DNA of 48,876 nt, taken from the NCBI GenBank assembly GCA_051942245.1, contig JAVECL010000121.1, positions 1-48,876 of the forward strand, read 5' to 3'. The translations under genes and the position numbers were made by a program. Origin of the DNA: Trypethelium eluteriae (Eukaryota). This document shows positions 46,499 to 48,876 of the stretch, piece by piece. How positions within the stretch are numbered: position 1 is the first letter of the stretch; the number at the start of each line of letters is the position of its first letter. The notes under the pieces were generated by a model. That model was not told the DNA's origin, did no database searches, and worked only from the letters and a program-made list of their open reading frames with translations.

Positions 46499-48621
46499 AT
46501 GGCAGGTGATCCTTCTTCCGTGATCTCTCGTGGGTCTTTGCAGTACGTGAATGTGGGTGCTTGTTCCAAACGGAATCTGACGTTTCCCACAGGTCTATCG
46601 TCGACTCTGGCGATGCTGCTGCGACCAATGTGCCCAATCCCATAATGCAATGCCTCCAGATCAAACCCACTCCTAACCCTCAGGGTGGGCCAGAACGCTT
46701 CCGCGTTGTCTTCAGTGACATCAACAACTTTATCCAGAGCATGATTGGCACAGGTACGCGTCTCTCCAGTAACACAAGATTCAGTCATTCACACTGAGCA
46801 GCTTTGAACCATCATGTTCACGACGGAAAACTCAGGAAGGGTGTTCTGGTCAGAATCAAGAATTTTGTTCCAAACACGGTCAAAGGAAGGCGGTATGTCA
46901 TCTACAGTAGTTGTTGCAATTCCGGCTCAAGCGTTGCGCATACAGAATGAATCAGTGGAGAGTGACTAATTTTGACTTAGAATTCTTATAGTGCTCGACT
47001 TTGATGTCCTCGAAGAATTTGGAGAACACGACAAGATCGGCGAGCCTGTACAATTGGAAGCTGTCAAAGCCGAGGATGAACTACAGCAGCAGCCTCAGCA
47101 GCAGCCTGGAAATATCTCTAGCAATGGCTTCTACGGGAACAAACCCCAACAACAACCAACTCCAGCAACCACTAACGCGTCCACACGCACCAATGGATCT
47201 ACCACAATGTCCGCTGCTCACGCCAACCTCTATCCTATCGAGGCACTCTCACCTTATGCACATAAATGGACAATCAAGGTACGATGCACGCACAAGAGTG
47301 ATATCAAGAAATGGCACAACAGAAATGGAGAAGGCAAGCTTTTCAGCGTGAATTTCCTTGACCAGAGTGGAGAGATCCGGGGCACAGGCTTCAATCAGCA
47401 ATGCGATCAGCTTTACGATGTCTTCCAAGAAGGCCAGATATATTATATTTCTACGCCTTGCCGAGTCCAGATGGCGAAGAAGCAATTCTCAAACGTCAAC
47501 AACGATTATGAGATGACTTTCGAACGCGACACAATCGTGGAGAAGGCTGAGGACCAAGATGATGTTCCACAGGTTCGATACAACTTCACAAACATTGGCG
47601 ATCTCCAGAGTGTCGAAAAGGATACTACCATTGATACTATTGGTGTACTCAAAGAAGTCGGCGAAGTGTCCCAAATTACCTCCAAGTCGACGTCAAAGCC
47701 GTACGACAAACGCGAACTCACCCTCGTGGACAACACTGGCTATTCTGTTCGTCTTACAGTATGGGGAAATAGTGCAACTTCCTTCGACGTGCCTGAGGAG
47801 TCCGTCGTCGCCTTCAAAGGCGTGAAAGTGTCCGATTTTGGTGGTCGCAGTCTTTCTCTTCTCTCCTCTGGCACCATGAACGTCAATCCGGACATCGATG
47901 ACGCACACCGTCTCAAAGGCTGGTACGATGCAGCAGGTCGGAACGATACCTTCAACACCCACCAGAACGCTCTATCTTCTACCACCGGAAGTGGACGCAA
48001 GCAGGATTTCAAGACGATTCAGCAAGTCAAGGATGAAAATCTTGGTATGAGTGAAGAACAAGACTATTTCACTCTGAAAGCCACCGTGGCCCACATTCGC
48101 CAGGAATCCGCGTTCTACCCTGCCTGTGCCAGCGATGGCTGCAACAAGAAAGTTGTGGAGATGGATCCCGGCCAGTGGCGTTGCGAGAGGTGCAACAAGA
48201 CGTATCCGAAGCCGCAATACCGCTACATCATGACGCTGAACGCGTGGGACTACACCGGACAGCTTTGGCTGAGCAGCTTCGACGATACAGGAAGACTGAT
48301 TATGGGCATGAGCGCCGACGAATTGCAGGAGATTGTAGAGAATGGTGATGAGCAACGTAGACGTGACGCATTCCAGGATGCCAGCTGGAAGACATTTGTG
48401 TTTAGGTGTCGTGCGAAGATGGACAACTATCAGGATCAGACAAGGTTCGTTACCCGAAATCGCCACCTCCAGCGGATTTGATTGGAAGTGCTGATTATTT
48501 ATTTAGAGTTCGATATCAGATCATCAACGCCAACCCCGTGAATTTCACCACTGAAGCGAGTAGGCTGGCGGATATTATCAAGTCGTACAACATCGGGTCT
48601 GACGGTCTCTTTGTTCAGTAG
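46499..48621 (+). CDS. RFA1: Replication protein A 70-kDa subunit (ssDNA-binding)
   Basis: ERFRVVFSDINNFIQSM N-terminal OB fold; YPIEALSPY..KWTIK; GEGKLFSVNFLD.SGEIR; KGVKVSDFGGRSLS; zinc motif YPAC...CNKKV...WRCERC; four introns. Confidence 0.97.
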
Positions 48622-48876
48622 CTGTCAAGTTTGCATGCATTCCGGTGTGCTTTCATTATTGCTACGGCTCTTGTTGGGGAATGAAAAGGGATACGACTGA
48701 ATATCGGGCAATAGGATCTTAATATGCTCATCTGGCTTGAGTAGCTGGATAGATCAGGCAACTACTTCGAATGACTTCGAATGATATGTATCATAACCCC
48801 AGATAATTTCAACAGCGACATCTTTAGACCCCCATCCAAATATCCGTCAGCACCTCCTTCATCTCCGCCTCTTCTT

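Noticed and set aside
46499..48621. RFA1 as a self-resistance gene of the P450 cluster
   Set aside because: Looks like the ordinary housekeeping copy, separated from the cluster by unrelated genes. It would only be of interest if a second RFA1 exists in the genome.

Overview
Intron-rich filamentous-ascomycete genomic DNA. The left 2.7 kb is a heavily RIP-mutated AT-rich block whose damage extends into a DUF3328/UstYa (HxxHC) oxidase gene. Next come a divergent class I/II PLP aminotransferase, a LINE RNase H fragment, a fasciclin protein, an uncharacterised membrane protein, a second decayed DUF3328 gene missed by the ORF track, an aorsin-like S53 peptidase and an NmrA/CipA-like reductase. From about 18.8 to 39.7 kb lies a compact secondary-metabolism-type cluster: an Upc2-like Zn2Cys6 regulator, a Pth11-like membrane protein, four different cytochrome P450s (three with non-canonical I-helices), a DHA2-type MFS exporter and an MFE-2/Fox2-like SDR. 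No PKS, NRPS, terpene synthase or precursor peptide is visible, so this is the best candidate for a new system: a 'coreless' oxidative pathway, possibly acting on a sterol or terpenoid. The right end holds a GPI-anchored protein, a frameshifted internally duplicated hypothetical gene, a probable spliced non-coding (snoRNA-host-like) unit and the housekeeping gene RFA1/RPA1. Gene models were spliced by eye and family calls rest on recognised motifs, not database searches.
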